A stretch of DNA of 63,918 nucleotides, the filler included, from Limisphaerales bacterium (lineage in GTDB: Bacteria; Verrucomicrobiota; Verrucomicrobiia; Limisphaerales; SIBE01): assembly GCA_044225505.1 (NCBI GenBank). It is 4 parts of 4 records of this genome, joined end to end, with 100 filler letters (N's around TTAATTAATTAA, not from the genome) between each part and the next. Parts side by side here need not be neighbours in the genome. Positions count along the whole stretch, not along the records: positions 34,652 to 51,821 come from JBGAIN010000175.1; 3 more parts are not named here. One strand, 5' to 3'. The notes under the pieces were generated by a model. That model had not been told where the DNA came from and searched no databases. It was given only the letters and a program-made list of their open reading frames with translations. Each line of letters begins with the position of its first letter. Position 1 is the stretch's first letter. The translations under genes were made by a program, and so were the position numbers. This document shows, piece by piece, positions 40,243 to 49,931 of the stretch.

Positions 40243-40575
40243 ATGAAAACTACTGTCGATGATTGGCACTTCCGGTCCCCCGAAGCAGAAATGCTCGTCT
40301 TGGATGTCTTCTTAAGTAATGGTCAGCATGCACTCCTGGAAGTGCTGCCAATGAAGAATCCAGCGGCTCCCAATGGACAAATCCCCGAACTCGTGGTGTT
40401 TGGTGAGCTACCCGGGGAAAAGCTCACCGGGCAAGTCTGCCCCGGCCGATGGGCTGCGCGTCCGCCCGATCGGAATTGCGCCTGGAGCGCGGTGCAAATT
40501 CCTTCCGCGCTGATGCAGCAGATTCGGGAGAGACTCGGCTATGGCGAATCGGTTGCCGCTACGAACGTGACGTAG
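40243..40575 (+). CDS. Hypothetical protein
   Basis: ~110-aa ORF filling the intergenic space; no recognised motif. Confidence 0.5.
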   Translation: MKTTVDDWHFRSPEAEMLVLDVFLSNGQHALLEVLPMKNPAAPNGQIPELVVFGELPGEKLTGQVCPGRWAARPPDRNCAWSAVQIPSALMQQIRERLGYGESVAATNVT

Positions 40576-40837
40576 TCAGGACCGTTTGCCGCCGTTCCGC
40601 GGCGCGGGTGTTTGGCTCGGTAGACAGGGTCACACTCCCTGGGAATGCATTTTGCCCAAACGGCAAAACTGCCGCATCCTGGTTTCGGTCTGAACCAAGA
40701 TCACCGATCGGCAGGCGTGGATCGGGAACGCGTTGCTATCTCGCAGTCGGTCGTCCAAAGCCGGTCCCGGAGGCGGTTGCCGAAAAAACTTACGCCCCAA
40801 GCCCTTTCTTTCCCGCAGGTCTGCACTAGAATGGCTA

Positions 40838-42043
40838 ATGCAGACAAGGAGGTGTCTGGAGCGCGAGATTGCAGTCGATCCGATCGATTCGGCGAAAGCC
40901 GTCGGCTTGCGCTATGTCACCGACCAGGGATCTGGGATCTCTCGAACTCGAGTGGGGAAGGATTTTGACTATCGGTCGCCGAGCGGCGGAAAGATCGACG
41001 CCGAGACCCGCGCGCGCATCCGAGCCCTGGCAATTCCGCCAGCGTGGGCGGACGTTTGGATTTGTCCGGTGCCCAATGGTCACCTTCAAGCGACCGGGAA
41101 GGATGTGCGAGGGCGAAAGCAGTATCGTTATCACCCCCGATGGCGCGAGATCCGCGATGAAACCAAGTATAACCGCATGATAGAGTTCGGCCGCTGGCTT
41201 CCAAAAATTCGCCACAAGGTGTCGCAGGACCTCCAGCGACCCGGGTTACCGAAAGAGAAGGTCTTGGCCGCAGTTGTGCGCTTGCTCGAAGTTAGCCTGA
41301 TCCGTGTCGGTAACGAGGAGTACGCCCGGGCAAACAAGTCTTTCGGACTGACCACGATGCGAGATAAACACGTCGAAGTCACCGGATCCAAGGTGCACTT
41401 CCAGTTCCGCGGCAAATCCGGAAAACAGCACCAGGTCGAGGTGGACGATCCGCGTTTGGCTCGAATCGTCAAGAACTGTCGCGATATCCCTGGCCAGGAG
41501 CTATTCCAGTATTTGGATAGCGACGGCCAGCGCCAAACGATCGGGTCATCTGATGTGAACGTTTATCTGAAATCCATCGCGGGTCGAGATTTCACCGCCA
41601 AAGACTTCCGGACCTGGGCCGGCACTGTCCTCGCCGCTCGTGCCTTGCACGAGTTGGAGAAGGTGGACTCAGTGGCGGGAGCGAAGAAAAACATTGTTCG
41701 GGCCATCGAAGCAGTGTCCGAAATGCTTGGCAACACTCCGAGCATTTGCCGCAAATGCTATATCCATCCCGCAGTCATTCAGGCCTACCTGGATGGCGCG
41801 CTCGTTTCGACATTGCGACGCCGAGCCGATGAAAAACTTGCCTCACAGTCGTCGGAGCTCCGGCCGGAAGAGACCGGGGTCTTGGCCTTGCTTCGACAGC
41901 GGCTCGCCGAGGAGGAAAACGGGCAAGCACAACCTGGGAGGAGATTGGCCTCGGGCTCGCATCGGCCCCGGTCAAGATCCCGCGGGCAGGGGATTTCCGT
42001 GGCTAAAAGCCGAGCGTCGCGGGCGCTCACAGCGGTTCGCTGA
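40838..42043 (+). CDS. Bacterial DNA topoisomerase IB
   Basis: LAIPPAW, GHLQATG.D.RGRKQYRYH, IRVGN, FRGKSG, AKDFRTW, LGNTPSICRKCYIHP (catalytic Tyr). Confidence 0.95.
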   Translation: MQTRRCLEREIAVDPIDSAKAVGLRYVTDQGSGISRTRVGKDFDYRSPSGGKIDAETRARIRALAIPPAWADVWICPVPNGHLQATGKDVRGRKQYRYHPRWREIRDETKYNRMIEFGRWLPKIRHKVSQDLQRPGLPKEKVLAAVVRLLEVSLIRVGNEEYARANKSFGLTTMRDKHVEVTGSKVHFQFRGKSGKQHQVEVDDPRLARIVKNCRDIPGQELFQYLDSDGQRQTIGSSDVNVYLKSIAGRDFTAKDFRTWAGTVLAARALHELEKVDSVAGAKKNIVRAIEAVSEMLGNTPSICRKCYIHPAVIQAYLDGALVSTLRRRADEKLASQSSELRPEETGVLALLRQRLAEEENGQAQPGRRLASGSHRPRSRSRGQGISVAKSRASRALTAVR

Positions 42044-42231
42044 ATGGCGACGGGTGATCTGGCCGTTAGGCTCGACAAGCGGCGGTGTGAGAGGAGTCCG
42101 TCGACGTGTCCACAATTTGTTGACAGCCGCTTAAGTTGCAGGTCTGCAGGCACTACCAAAGTGCTTCGTGTTCCCATGGGGAAGTGGGTCTGCCAATTCA
42201 AGGAACCGACAACTCTTCGCTGAAAACGGTA

Positions 42232-42292
42232 TCAGACCCCTATGAGACCCCTATGAGACCCCTATCATGATAGGGGTCTCATAGGGGTCTGA
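42232..42292. repeat. Palindrome of 11-bp tandem units
   Basis: (T[C/G]AGACCCCTA)x3 - TCATGA - (TAGGGGTCT[C/G]A)x2. Confidence 0.9.
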
Positions 42293-42462
42293 GGCTGTTT
42301 AGCGTGCCGGTGCTGTGTCTGCAAGACGGTCGAGCGCCTCAAAACGAACGCTTTGCCGTTGTTTTGCCGGCCAATGCGGGGCATGGCGACGCATTTAAAT
42401 GCTCGGCGTCACGGCGAAGGGGGTTGCCCGCATCACGGAGTCACTGCTAACCTATCTCCATC

Positions 42463-43767
42463 ATGATTCAGTTCCTCGTTGTGCTGCTGGCGAGTGCATT
42501 CGTCCCGGCGATTCAGGCCGCGTCTGCCGAGTCGTGGCCTCAATTCCGCGGTCCGGCTGGAGATGGCCACGCTTCGGTCGAAAGAGTTCCCCTCCATTGG
42601 GCCGAATCGACCCATGTTCGATGGAAAACGCCGATTCATGATCGCGGTTGGTCTTCCCCGGTCGTCTGGGGAGATCAGATTTGGGTAACCACGGCTTCGC
42701 CTGACGGAAGCCAGTTGTATGCGATTGGTGTGGATCGAGAGAGTGGAAAAATCTTGCATGACTTGAAACTGTTTACCGTTGAAAAACCGCAGTTTGCACA
42801 TCAATTTAACACCTACGCATCCCCGACCCCCGTCATTGAAAAGGACCGGGTTTACGTGACTTTTGGGTCTCCTGGGACGGCTTGCCTGGACACTAAGACG
42901 GGAACGGTCATCTGGGAACGACGAGACTTTGTTTGCAACCACTACCGAGGCGCTGGGTCGTCCCCAATCTTGCATGGCGATCTCCTGATCATGAACTTCG
43001 ACGGCAGCGATCGTCAATTTGTGGTCGCGCTGGACAAAGCGACCGGCAAGACCGTTTGGCGTGTGGACCGATCCATCGATTTCAAAGACTTAGGTCCAGA
43101 TGGATTGCCCATGACGGAAGGCGACTTTCGCAAGGCGTTTTCGACGCCCCATGTCGCCGTGATCAATGGTGTGGAGACCTTGCTGAGCGGAGGGGCGAAA
43201 GCGCTCTACGGTTACGTTCCTACCACTGGGGAAGAGCTCTGGCGGGTGGAAGAGCGGCAAAACCACTCCGCGAGCACGCGCCCAATCGCAGGATTGGGGT
43301 TGGTATTTTACGCGACGGGCTGGTCGACTGGCCAACTGCTGGCGATTCGTCCAGGCAAGAAGGCGGAGGTTCTCGACGTCAACCAATCCACCAATTCAGC
43401 AAGTCAACAGCTCGAGTTGGTCTGGAAGTCGAAACGTAGTGTTCCCAAGAAGCCATCCCTGCTGTTGCTCGAGGATCTACTTTTCACCATTGACGACAAC
43501 GGTGTTGCCGGTTGTTTAGAGGCGACGACTGGCAAGGAAATTTGGCGTGAGCGCATCGGCGGCAATTATTCCGCATCCCCGATTCTCGTCGACGGGCGCA
43601 TTTACTATTTCAGCGAGGAGGGGAAAGCGACCGCCGTGGCGGCCGGGCGGGAATTCCGCAAGCTCGCCGAGAATATGTTGGACGATGGGTTTATGGCCTC
43701 TCCTGCAGTGGCGGGTAAAGCGTTCTTCCTCCGAACCAAGACCCACCTGTATCGAATCGAGGAGTGA
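42463..43767 (+). CDS. PQQ-like beta-propeller repeat protein (BamB-like), secreted
   Basis: Signal peptide, WPQFRGP, GWSSPVV, YASPTP, SASPI. Confidence 0.88.
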   Translation: MIQFLVVLLASAFVPAIQAASAESWPQFRGPAGDGHASVERVPLHWAESTHVRWKTPIHDRGWSSPVVWGDQIWVTTASPDGSQLYAIGVDRESGKILHDLKLFTVEKPQFAHQFNTYASPTPVIEKDRVYVTFGSPGTACLDTKTGTVIWERRDFVCNHYRGAGSSPILHGDLLIMNFDGSDRQFVVALDKATGKTVWRVDRSIDFKDLGPDGLPMTEGDFRKAFSTPHVAVINGVETLLSGGAKALYGYVPTTGEELWRVEERQNHSASTRPIAGLGLVFYATGWSTGQLLAIRPGKKAEVLDVNQSTNSASQQLELVWKSKRSVPKKPSLLLLEDLLFTIDDNGVAGCLEATTGKEIWRERIGGNYSASPILVDGRIYYFSEEGKATAVAAGREFRKLAENMLDDGFMASPAVAGKAFFLRTKTHLYRIEE

Positions 43768-43800
43768 TCCAGTCAGCGCCTTTTCTTACACCGAGAAGCG

Positions 43801-45909
43801 TTACCGCATCTTGGCCAGTTCTTGAAGAATGAACTTGCGCCGATTCACGACTTGGCTCCGAAAAGAGTTCATGTAGCCGGTGAATTCACGGACAGCTTGC
43901 TGTGCATCCGCTCCCGTCGCCGAAGCCTGAGCGCGAACTTCAGGTTCAAGGCGTTGCTGCATCACTTGAATGATGGGATTGAGGTTGGTCTCGGTAAAGG
44001 CCGACTGACACAGCACCTGAAGCCTGGCCAGGAAGAGTCTTCGAAACTCTGGATTCGCCAGCAAAGGGCCGGACAGGTAACCCGGAGGCCGCCACCAACT
44101 GACTCCGCCGAAGGGCCCTCCGCCAAAACTTAAGAACTCACGAGGCGAAGCGTCTCCGTTCATGCCGAAGGTGAGAGGCATTGAGTACCAATCGTAGCGG
44201 GGCGACGCTCCGTCATAGTCGCCCCAGGTCTTGTCTTCGTCCCACGGGAGAATCTCCCACTTCCCGTTCGGGTTAAGATCCTGATAAACGTAGTAGTTAT
44301 TGAAAAAGCCGTCCCAGTTTTGGATGCACATATTGACGGCATAGTAGCTCGCGACCTCGTCCACGTTGAAATGCTGCTGGATATAGGCCCACTGGTCGCG
44401 GCCAGACTTGGCCTTTAGGTCCTGGATCAAGCGAACGAGCGCCGCATGGCCAGTTTCTGGATTGGTTTTTTTCTCGTGCTGCCCGACGATTCCCTGGCCA
44501 TACCAGATCAGCTTGTAAAGATCCCCTGACGGATCGCGACTGTTTCGGGTAAGGAACGACTGGTTGGGCTGTTCGACCAGAAGCTGCAGCCCGACGTTTC
44601 GACCGTCCAACGAGATGCGAATATGCTCGGTCAAGGGGCAGGGGACACCGGCCATTCGATAAACAACGTAAGCCAACGGTTCTGCCAGAATCCATCGCAT
44701 CGGGCCTTCCGAAATAAGGTTGATGGCCGACATTCCCTTTAAGGTGTTGTCTTTTTGGAAATGTACTTTGGTCCCACCGTGGCGTCCCACAACCTTAACG
44801 TAATCTAAGGTCTGAGGCGGGCTCCCATCCGCGGGGACGTACAGGAAAGCCCCGTTCCCTCGGATCGGGATGGCTGTTTGGGCTCGGCGACTGGGCTTTC
44901 TCTCATAGTGCCCAGGCCCTCGGGGCGCGCGACTGACGTTGACAAGTTGTCCCACCGCGATCTTAGCCGGAATCGCGTTGGTGTAGGAAAAGTAAGAATA
45001 GGTGGGACGCGGTTCATTAACGCCAGGTTCCAGTCGATCCAAACCTGCACCGTCCGTCGCTTTGATCCGAAAGCGCACCAGCTGCCCGTTGGGCCTTGGG
45101 GGGAGTGTCGCCTGATACACCCCTTCTTTGGCGTCCCCGGAGACCCGAGTCATCGCGATCGATTGTTCGTCCGATTCCCGGCCGGTGGTCGGGAGCCTGT
45201 AGAGCAACTGGACCGATTGAACTCCCTCTTGGGCGGCAACCGACGCGGTCACTTTGACAGACTGGAGCGGGGTGGGTGCCACGGGCAAGAAGGTGACATT
45301 CGAGATCTGGGGCGGGAGGTTAGTCACCAGGCAGCTGTTCATGCGGCCCGGAGTCCCCGCGGCCCGTTTCGCTGGCGGCCACGTCGACGCCGCCCAGTTC
45401 GCGGGCGCATCGCTGGGAGCTTGGGGACAGATACGTTCCAGCGAACTGGAGTAACCGTCAGCTCCAGCTGGCCAACCGTTGCCATCGCCGTATTTCAGAC
45501 TATCGATCACCTCGCCTGCAGCATTGACCAGTTCCAGGCGATCACTTTTATGGCTGAGGCGCCCTCCAAAAGGACCTAAGGGGCTTACTTCGCGTCCGTA
45601 GTGGGCCGAAAATGCCCCTGGGTCGAGACACAGGACCAGAAAGGACTGCGGCGCGGCGATGGTTCCCTTGGGGAACGTAAATTTAATGCCTTTAGTGAAA
45701 GACCACTGGCTCAGGTTGACCGCTTCCGAACCTCGATTGAACACCTCCACAAACTGGAGTTTGTCTTGATCGTTGGGTGGGTGGTACATAATTTCGTTGA
45801 TCACCACGTCACGATCTGCCGCCGACGTCAGATTGCCCCATGCGACAAGTCCAGCAGCCAGCGCGCTGGCCCAAGCTCGACCAAAAGCAATGCCACTGAT
45901 TCGTTTCAT
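43801..45909 (-). CDS. CotH kinase family protein with lamin-tail domain
   Basis: VVINEIMYHP LTD, GTPGRMNS, EPLAY, NWDGFFNNYY, PWDEDKTWG. Confidence 0.85.
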   Translation of the reverse strand: MKRISGIAFGRAWASALAAGLVAWGNLTSAADRDVVINEIMYHPPNDQDKLQFVEVFNRGSEAVNLSQWSFTKGIKFTFPKGTIAAPQSFLVLCLDPGAFSAHYGREVSPLGPFGGRLSHKSDRLELVNAAGEVIDSLKYGDGNGWPAGADGYSSSLERICPQAPSDAPANWAASTWPPAKRAAGTPGRMNSCLVTNLPPQISNVTFLPVAPTPLQSVKVTASVAAQEGVQSVQLLYRLPTTGRESDEQSIAMTRVSGDAKEGVYQATLPPRPNGQLVRFRIKATDGAGLDRLEPGVNEPRPTYSYFSYTNAIPAKIAVGQLVNVSRAPRGPGHYERKPSRRAQTAIPIRGNGAFLYVPADGSPPQTLDYVKVVGRHGGTKVHFQKDNTLKGMSAINLISEGPMRWILAEPLAYVVYRMAGVPCPLTEHIRISLDGRNVGLQLLVEQPNQSFLTRNSRDPSGDLYKLIWYGQGIVGQHEKKTNPETGHAALVRLIQDLKAKSGRDQWAYIQQHFNVDEVASYYAVNMCIQNWDGFFNNYYVYQDLNPNGKWEILPWDEDKTWGDYDGASPRYDWYSMPLTFGMNGDASPREFLSFGGGPFGGVSWWRPPGYLSGPLLANPEFRRLFLARLQVLCQSAFTETNLNPIIQVMQQRLEPEVRAQASATGADAQQAVREFTGYMNSFRSQVVNRRKFILQELAKMR

Positions 45910-46177
45910 CCGTTTACAGTATAACTCCATGATTGCCAGAAACCGTCGTCCGCGGACCCGTGCTAGCGGCAGCTGTGACTCCTGGGATGACGTTTTCGAA
46001 CGGGCGCCTACAGATCGACCCGATTTTACCGCCAATCTTAGACATAACCCGGCGGAAGCTTTTTTGTTGCACGCTTCCTGGCGATCTGCATCGGTCAAAA
46101 AAAGTTGCATTTGGGCGAAGAATGATTGGCGGAAGAGACTGATTACCGTAAACATCGTTCCAAAGCCACATTTGAAG

Positions 46178-48280
46178 ATGAGACAAACTCAGCAGAAACC
46201 TTATCTACCCCAGGACATTCGGAACTTTGCAATTGTGGGCCATGCCACCTCTGGCAAAACCATGCTGAGTGAAGCGATGCTGGCCTACGCTGGCATCATC
46301 AATCGTCTCGGCGGCATTAACGGCAATCCTGTCTCCGATTACCACGAGAGTGAGCGCGACCACCGAATCTCGATTCATGCGTCGCTCCTTCATGCTGAAT
46401 GGCAGGGGAAGAAGTTCAATATCATCGATACTCCCGGGTACCTTGATTTCATTAGCGAAGGTCTCGGAGCGTTGCGGGTCGGGGACTTCGCGTTAATTGT
46501 GGTGCACGCCAATCATGGTGTAGGCGTCGGGACCGATCAGGTCTGGCGGTACGCGACTCAGTACGGCTTTCCCAAGATGTTCGTCATTAACGCGGCGGAC
46601 AAAGAACGAACGGACTTCGACGCCGTTTTAGCACAGATCCGTGCCCGGTTTGGCGAGCGGGTCTTCCCCATGACGATACCCATCAACCCAGGACCTGGCT
46701 TCAATCAAGTTCTCGATGTCATGCGCAGTGAGATCATGACCTTCCCGAACGACTTCAGCGGCAAATACGCGGAGGTTCCAGCCACCGGCGCATGGAAGGA
46801 GCGGGTCGAGACGTTGCATCGCCAGTTGATTGAGTTCATTGCCGAGTCGGACGATAGTCTCTTGGAGAAGTTCTTTGAACAGGGCGGATTATCCGAAGCG
46901 GAAATGCGATCGGGAGTTCATGCGGCGGTGCAAAAGCAAGCCATCGTGCCGCTCTTTGTCACCTCCGCGGAGAACAATATCGGGGTTTCGCGAATGATGG
47001 ATTTCATAGCGAAGTTTGGTTCGTCTCCAGTGGATCGTGAGAAAGTTCACGCGATCGACATCAACGGGACGGACGTTGACGTTGCCCTGGGCGACCCTGA
47101 CCCGGCGCTTTATGTCTTCAAGACCCTGAGCGAAGGTCAAGCTGGGGATCTCTCGTTCTTCCGGCTCTATGCGGGCTCAATCCGCATGGGGATGGATCTC
47201 TACAACTGCGATCGGAAAATGACCGAGCGCTTTGGGCAGATCTATGTCATGAACGGCAAGAACCGAAGTCCGGTGGAAATCCTCAACGCTGGCGATATCG
47301 GGGCCGTGGTTAAACTCAAGGACACGCACACGGGAAACACGCTTTGTAACTCAAAACGGGCTGTGTCTCTGCCCAAGGTGGTATATCCGAAACCCAATAT
47401 TCACGCCGCCCTAAAACTCAAAGCCAAAGGCGAAGAAGACAAAGTTGCTGTTGGCCTGGCGACGTTGCACGAGGAGGATCCAACCTTCTTGTATCATGTC
47501 GATTCGGAGTTGCATCAGACGGTCATTTCTGGCCAGGGGGAACTTCACCTCCAAGTGATCTCGGAGCGATTGAAACGGCGTTACCGTCTCGATTTTGAAC
47601 TTATTCAGCCGAAGATTCCGTTCCGCGAGACAATCAAGGGCAAGGCTGAATCCAAGTATCGCCACAAGAAACAGACGGGTGGCGCCGGCCAATTCGCCGA
47701 GGTTTGGATGCGCATCGAACCGAAAACGCGCAACACGGACGTGGAGTTTACCGAGTCTCTCTCTGGACAGAATGTGGATCGGGTGTTTGTTCCTTCGGTC
47801 CAAAAAGGGGTAATGTCAGCTTGCCATGAAGGCGTGATCGCTGGATATCGAATTGTCGATGTGCTCATTGATTTCTACGACGGGAAGATGCATCCCGTGG
47901 ATTCGAAAGACATTGCCTTCCAGATTGCGGGGAAAGAAGCGTTTCGCGAAGCATTCTTGGCCGCGCGGCCCTGCTTGCTCGAACCCATCCACGATATTGA
48001 AATCAAAATGCCCGAGGAATGCATGGGAAACGTGATTGGAGATCTCTCCAGCCGGCGCGGAAAGATCCTGGGCATGGATTCCGCCGATGGATTCCAGGTT
48101 GTCAAAGCCAAGGTGCCGGCGATGGAACTCTACCGCTATTCAAGCGTGTTGCGATCGCTCACAGGCGGCCGCGGGATTCACATCGAGGACTTCAGCCATT
48201 ACGAAGAAATGCCGCGAGAAATGGAGCAGAAGGTCATCGCTGACAGCAAGAAAGCCAAAGAAGAGGCTTCCAAAGCGTAG
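46178..48280 (+). CDS. fusA: Elongation factor G paralog (EF-G2-like)
   Basis: GHATSGKT, DTPGYLDF, GQGELHL, KKQTGGAGQFA, DGKMHPVDS, GDLSSRRG; divergent G2 (HRISI) and G4 (NAAD). Confidence 0.9.
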   Translation: MRQTQQKPYLPQDIRNFAIVGHATSGKTMLSEAMLAYAGIINRLGGINGNPVSDYHESERDHRISIHASLLHAEWQGKKFNIIDTPGYLDFISEGLGALRVGDFALIVVHANHGVGVGTDQVWRYATQYGFPKMFVINAADKERTDFDAVLAQIRARFGERVFPMTIPINPGPGFNQVLDVMRSEIMTFPNDFSGKYAEVPATGAWKERVETLHRQLIEFIAESDDSLLEKFFEQGGLSEAEMRSGVHAAVQKQAIVPLFVTSAENNIGVSRMMDFIAKFGSSPVDREKVHAIDINGTDVDVALGDPDPALYVFKTLSEGQAGDLSFFRLYAGSIRMGMDLYNCDRKMTERFGQIYVMNGKNRSPVEILNAGDIGAVVKLKDTHTGNTLCNSKRAVSLPKVVYPKPNIHAALKLKAKGEEDKVAVGLATLHEEDPTFLYHVDSELHQTVISGQGELHLQVISERLKRRYRLDFELIQPKIPFRETIKGKAESKYRHKKQTGGAGQFAEVWMRIEPKTRNTDVEFTESLSGQNVDRVFVPSVQKGVMSACHEGVIAGYRIVDVLIDFYDGKMHPVDSKDIAFQIAGKEAFREAFLAARPCLLEPIHDIEIKMPEECMGNVIGDLSSRRGKILGMDSADGFQVVKAKVPAMELYRYSSVLRSLTGGRGIHIEDFSHYEEMPREMEQKVIADSKKAKEEASKA

Positions 48281-48374
48281 TCCTGGCTGCCGTCAGCGCG
48301 AAACTGATAATCCACTGTCATAGCCGAGCGGCGAACCACCGCGCACCTCGCCGAGTTCGCCGCTCGAGTGATTT

Positions 48375-48808
48375 CAGAAGAGCTGTAAGCCGAATTCTGT
48401 CTGCGCCCTATTGGACGGAGAGAATCATTTGTCTGAGCGGCCACTACCCGAAACCGGGTCTGCCGAAGCAGACGCTGAAGCGGGCCGCTTCGCGGTTTCC
48501 TATTTGGCCTTGCACCGGATGAGGTTTTCCGTGCCCCCTCGATTGCTCTCGGGGCGGTGGGCTCTTACCCCACCTTTTCACCCTTGCCTTACCCTTTCTC
48601 GACGAAGGGCTGCTTCTTAATAGAAAACATCCCTCCGACCAGAAAGGGCCAGGCGGTTTGTTTTCTGTGGCACTCTCTGTCAGCACGGCCTCGCGACCGT
48701 GCCTCCCGCGTGTATCTGGAACCTAATTCCGGTTACGCGGCATCCTGCCCTGTGGTGTTCGGACTTTCCTCTTCCAACTCGCGTCGAAAGCGATCCTCCA
48801 CTCTTCTG
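48375..48808 (-). ncRNA. rnpB: RNase P RNA (type A)
   Basis: Minus strand: GAGGAAAGTCCGAAC, AGTGCCACAGAAAA, GGGTGAAAAGGTGGGGTAAGAGCCCACC, ACAGAATTCGGCTTA. P1 is formed by CAGAAGAG/CTCTTCTG. Confidence 0.97.
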
Positions 48809-48882
48809 AAATCGCTCCTACGCTACCGTCCTTTGGTCAAGATGACAAGCAACACCGCGGCGAATTGTGGCCGTCCAAGAAA

Positions 48883-49830
48883 CTACTTCTTAGGCTCAAC
48901 TTCCGCCTGCAATTCTTGGCAATTCGGTGTCGCGGACTCCAAATTGGGAATTGTCTCGGCGTTCACGTTTCCAGCTGCCCAACCGATCCCGCCCAACAAT
49001 TGGTTATGAAACGTGTTATGAGTCCAGACATCTTCACGATGACCCAAGCCGGTGTAAAAGACCCTGCCTTTACCTTGCCGGCGAGCCCACGTGATGGGAA
49101 AGAGATCCCTTTGATAGTCAATTCCGCGCATCCCCCGGGTCTCGAGTGCCAGGACCACATGGAGATCTGGGGTGAAATCTTTGAAGGTGTACCACTCTTC
49201 CAGCAGTTCCCAGGTCCCCGAAAGGCCCTCGCACCCGGGAAATTGGGGATCCACTACCCGTGCTTTGGCGATCTGTTGAGGTCCATGCCGCAAGAATTCG
49301 GCACCAAGCATTGCAACGTAAGGGTCAACTCGGGGTCCATGACGCACAAACGGCTCTGCGTTGAAACCGGCTGGTGTCGTGTAGTGGAACGAGTCGGTCG
49401 AGGGGTGAATACCGACAAATCCTTTTCCCTGTTCGACGGCTCTCATCAAGGCGGATTTGCCCGCTTCGCTCATGGCGGGGGCACCGTCCGTTCCGGTCGT
49501 TAGTAGATTGCCGCTCGTGTAAAACACGATGACATCGAACTCCGCCAACTTCTCGGTCGTGAACACCGATCCGTCCTTCGTGCAAACGACCTTAAACCCG
49601 TGCTTCCGCCCGAGGTCGGTGAGGATCAGTTCAGAAAAGCTGAGATTCCCATCGGAGCTCCGTTTCACGACGCTGTGCTCGTAGCCGGCCGACTTCGTAA
49701 AGAAGAGCACCGATTTCCCGGGACTTTTGTCCCATCCCCCGGGAGTGATGTCTGTCGCTGGCGCCTGACCCGAAACCACTTCGAGCAAACCAGTAGCCAG
49801 GCTTAGGAGAGTCAATAGAACAGTCCTCAT
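48883..49830 (-). CDS. ThuA domain-containing protein, secreted
   Basis: VLFFTKSAGYEHS, FDVIVFYTSG, GFVGIH, EEWY, GRVFYTGLGH. Confidence 0.88.
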   Translation of the reverse strand: MRTVLLTLLSLATGLLEVVSGQAPATDITPGGWDKSPGKSVLFFTKSAGYEHSVVKRSSDGNLSFSELILTDLGRKHGFKVVCTKDGSVFTTEKLAEFDVIVFYTSGNLLTTGTDGAPAMSEAGKSALMRAVEQGKGFVGIHPSTDSFHYTTPAGFNAEPFVRHGPRVDPYVAMLGAEFLRHGPQQIAKARVVDPQFPGCEGLSGTWELLEEWYTFKDFTPDLHVVLALETRGMRGIDYQRDLFPITWARRQGKGRVFYTGLGHREDVWTHNTFHNQLLGGIGWAAGNVNAETIPNLESATPNCQELQAEVEPKK

Positions 49831-49931
49831 AGCTAATAAATGGTTACGGAGGAATGAGAGTCATGGCGAGCTCTAACTGCTATGGATCCGCAAGTTCGTG
49901 CTTGCTCAATCCCCAAGATCTCCATGTTCTA

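Noticed and set aside
45773..46177. Long overlapping N-terminal extensions of EF-G and CotH ORFs
   Set aside because: Upstream in-frame starts in GC-rich DNA. Homology begins at 46178 (+) and ~45909 (-).
48444..49009. ORFs overlapping 48375-48808
   Set aside because: The region is explained by the RNase P RNA gene.
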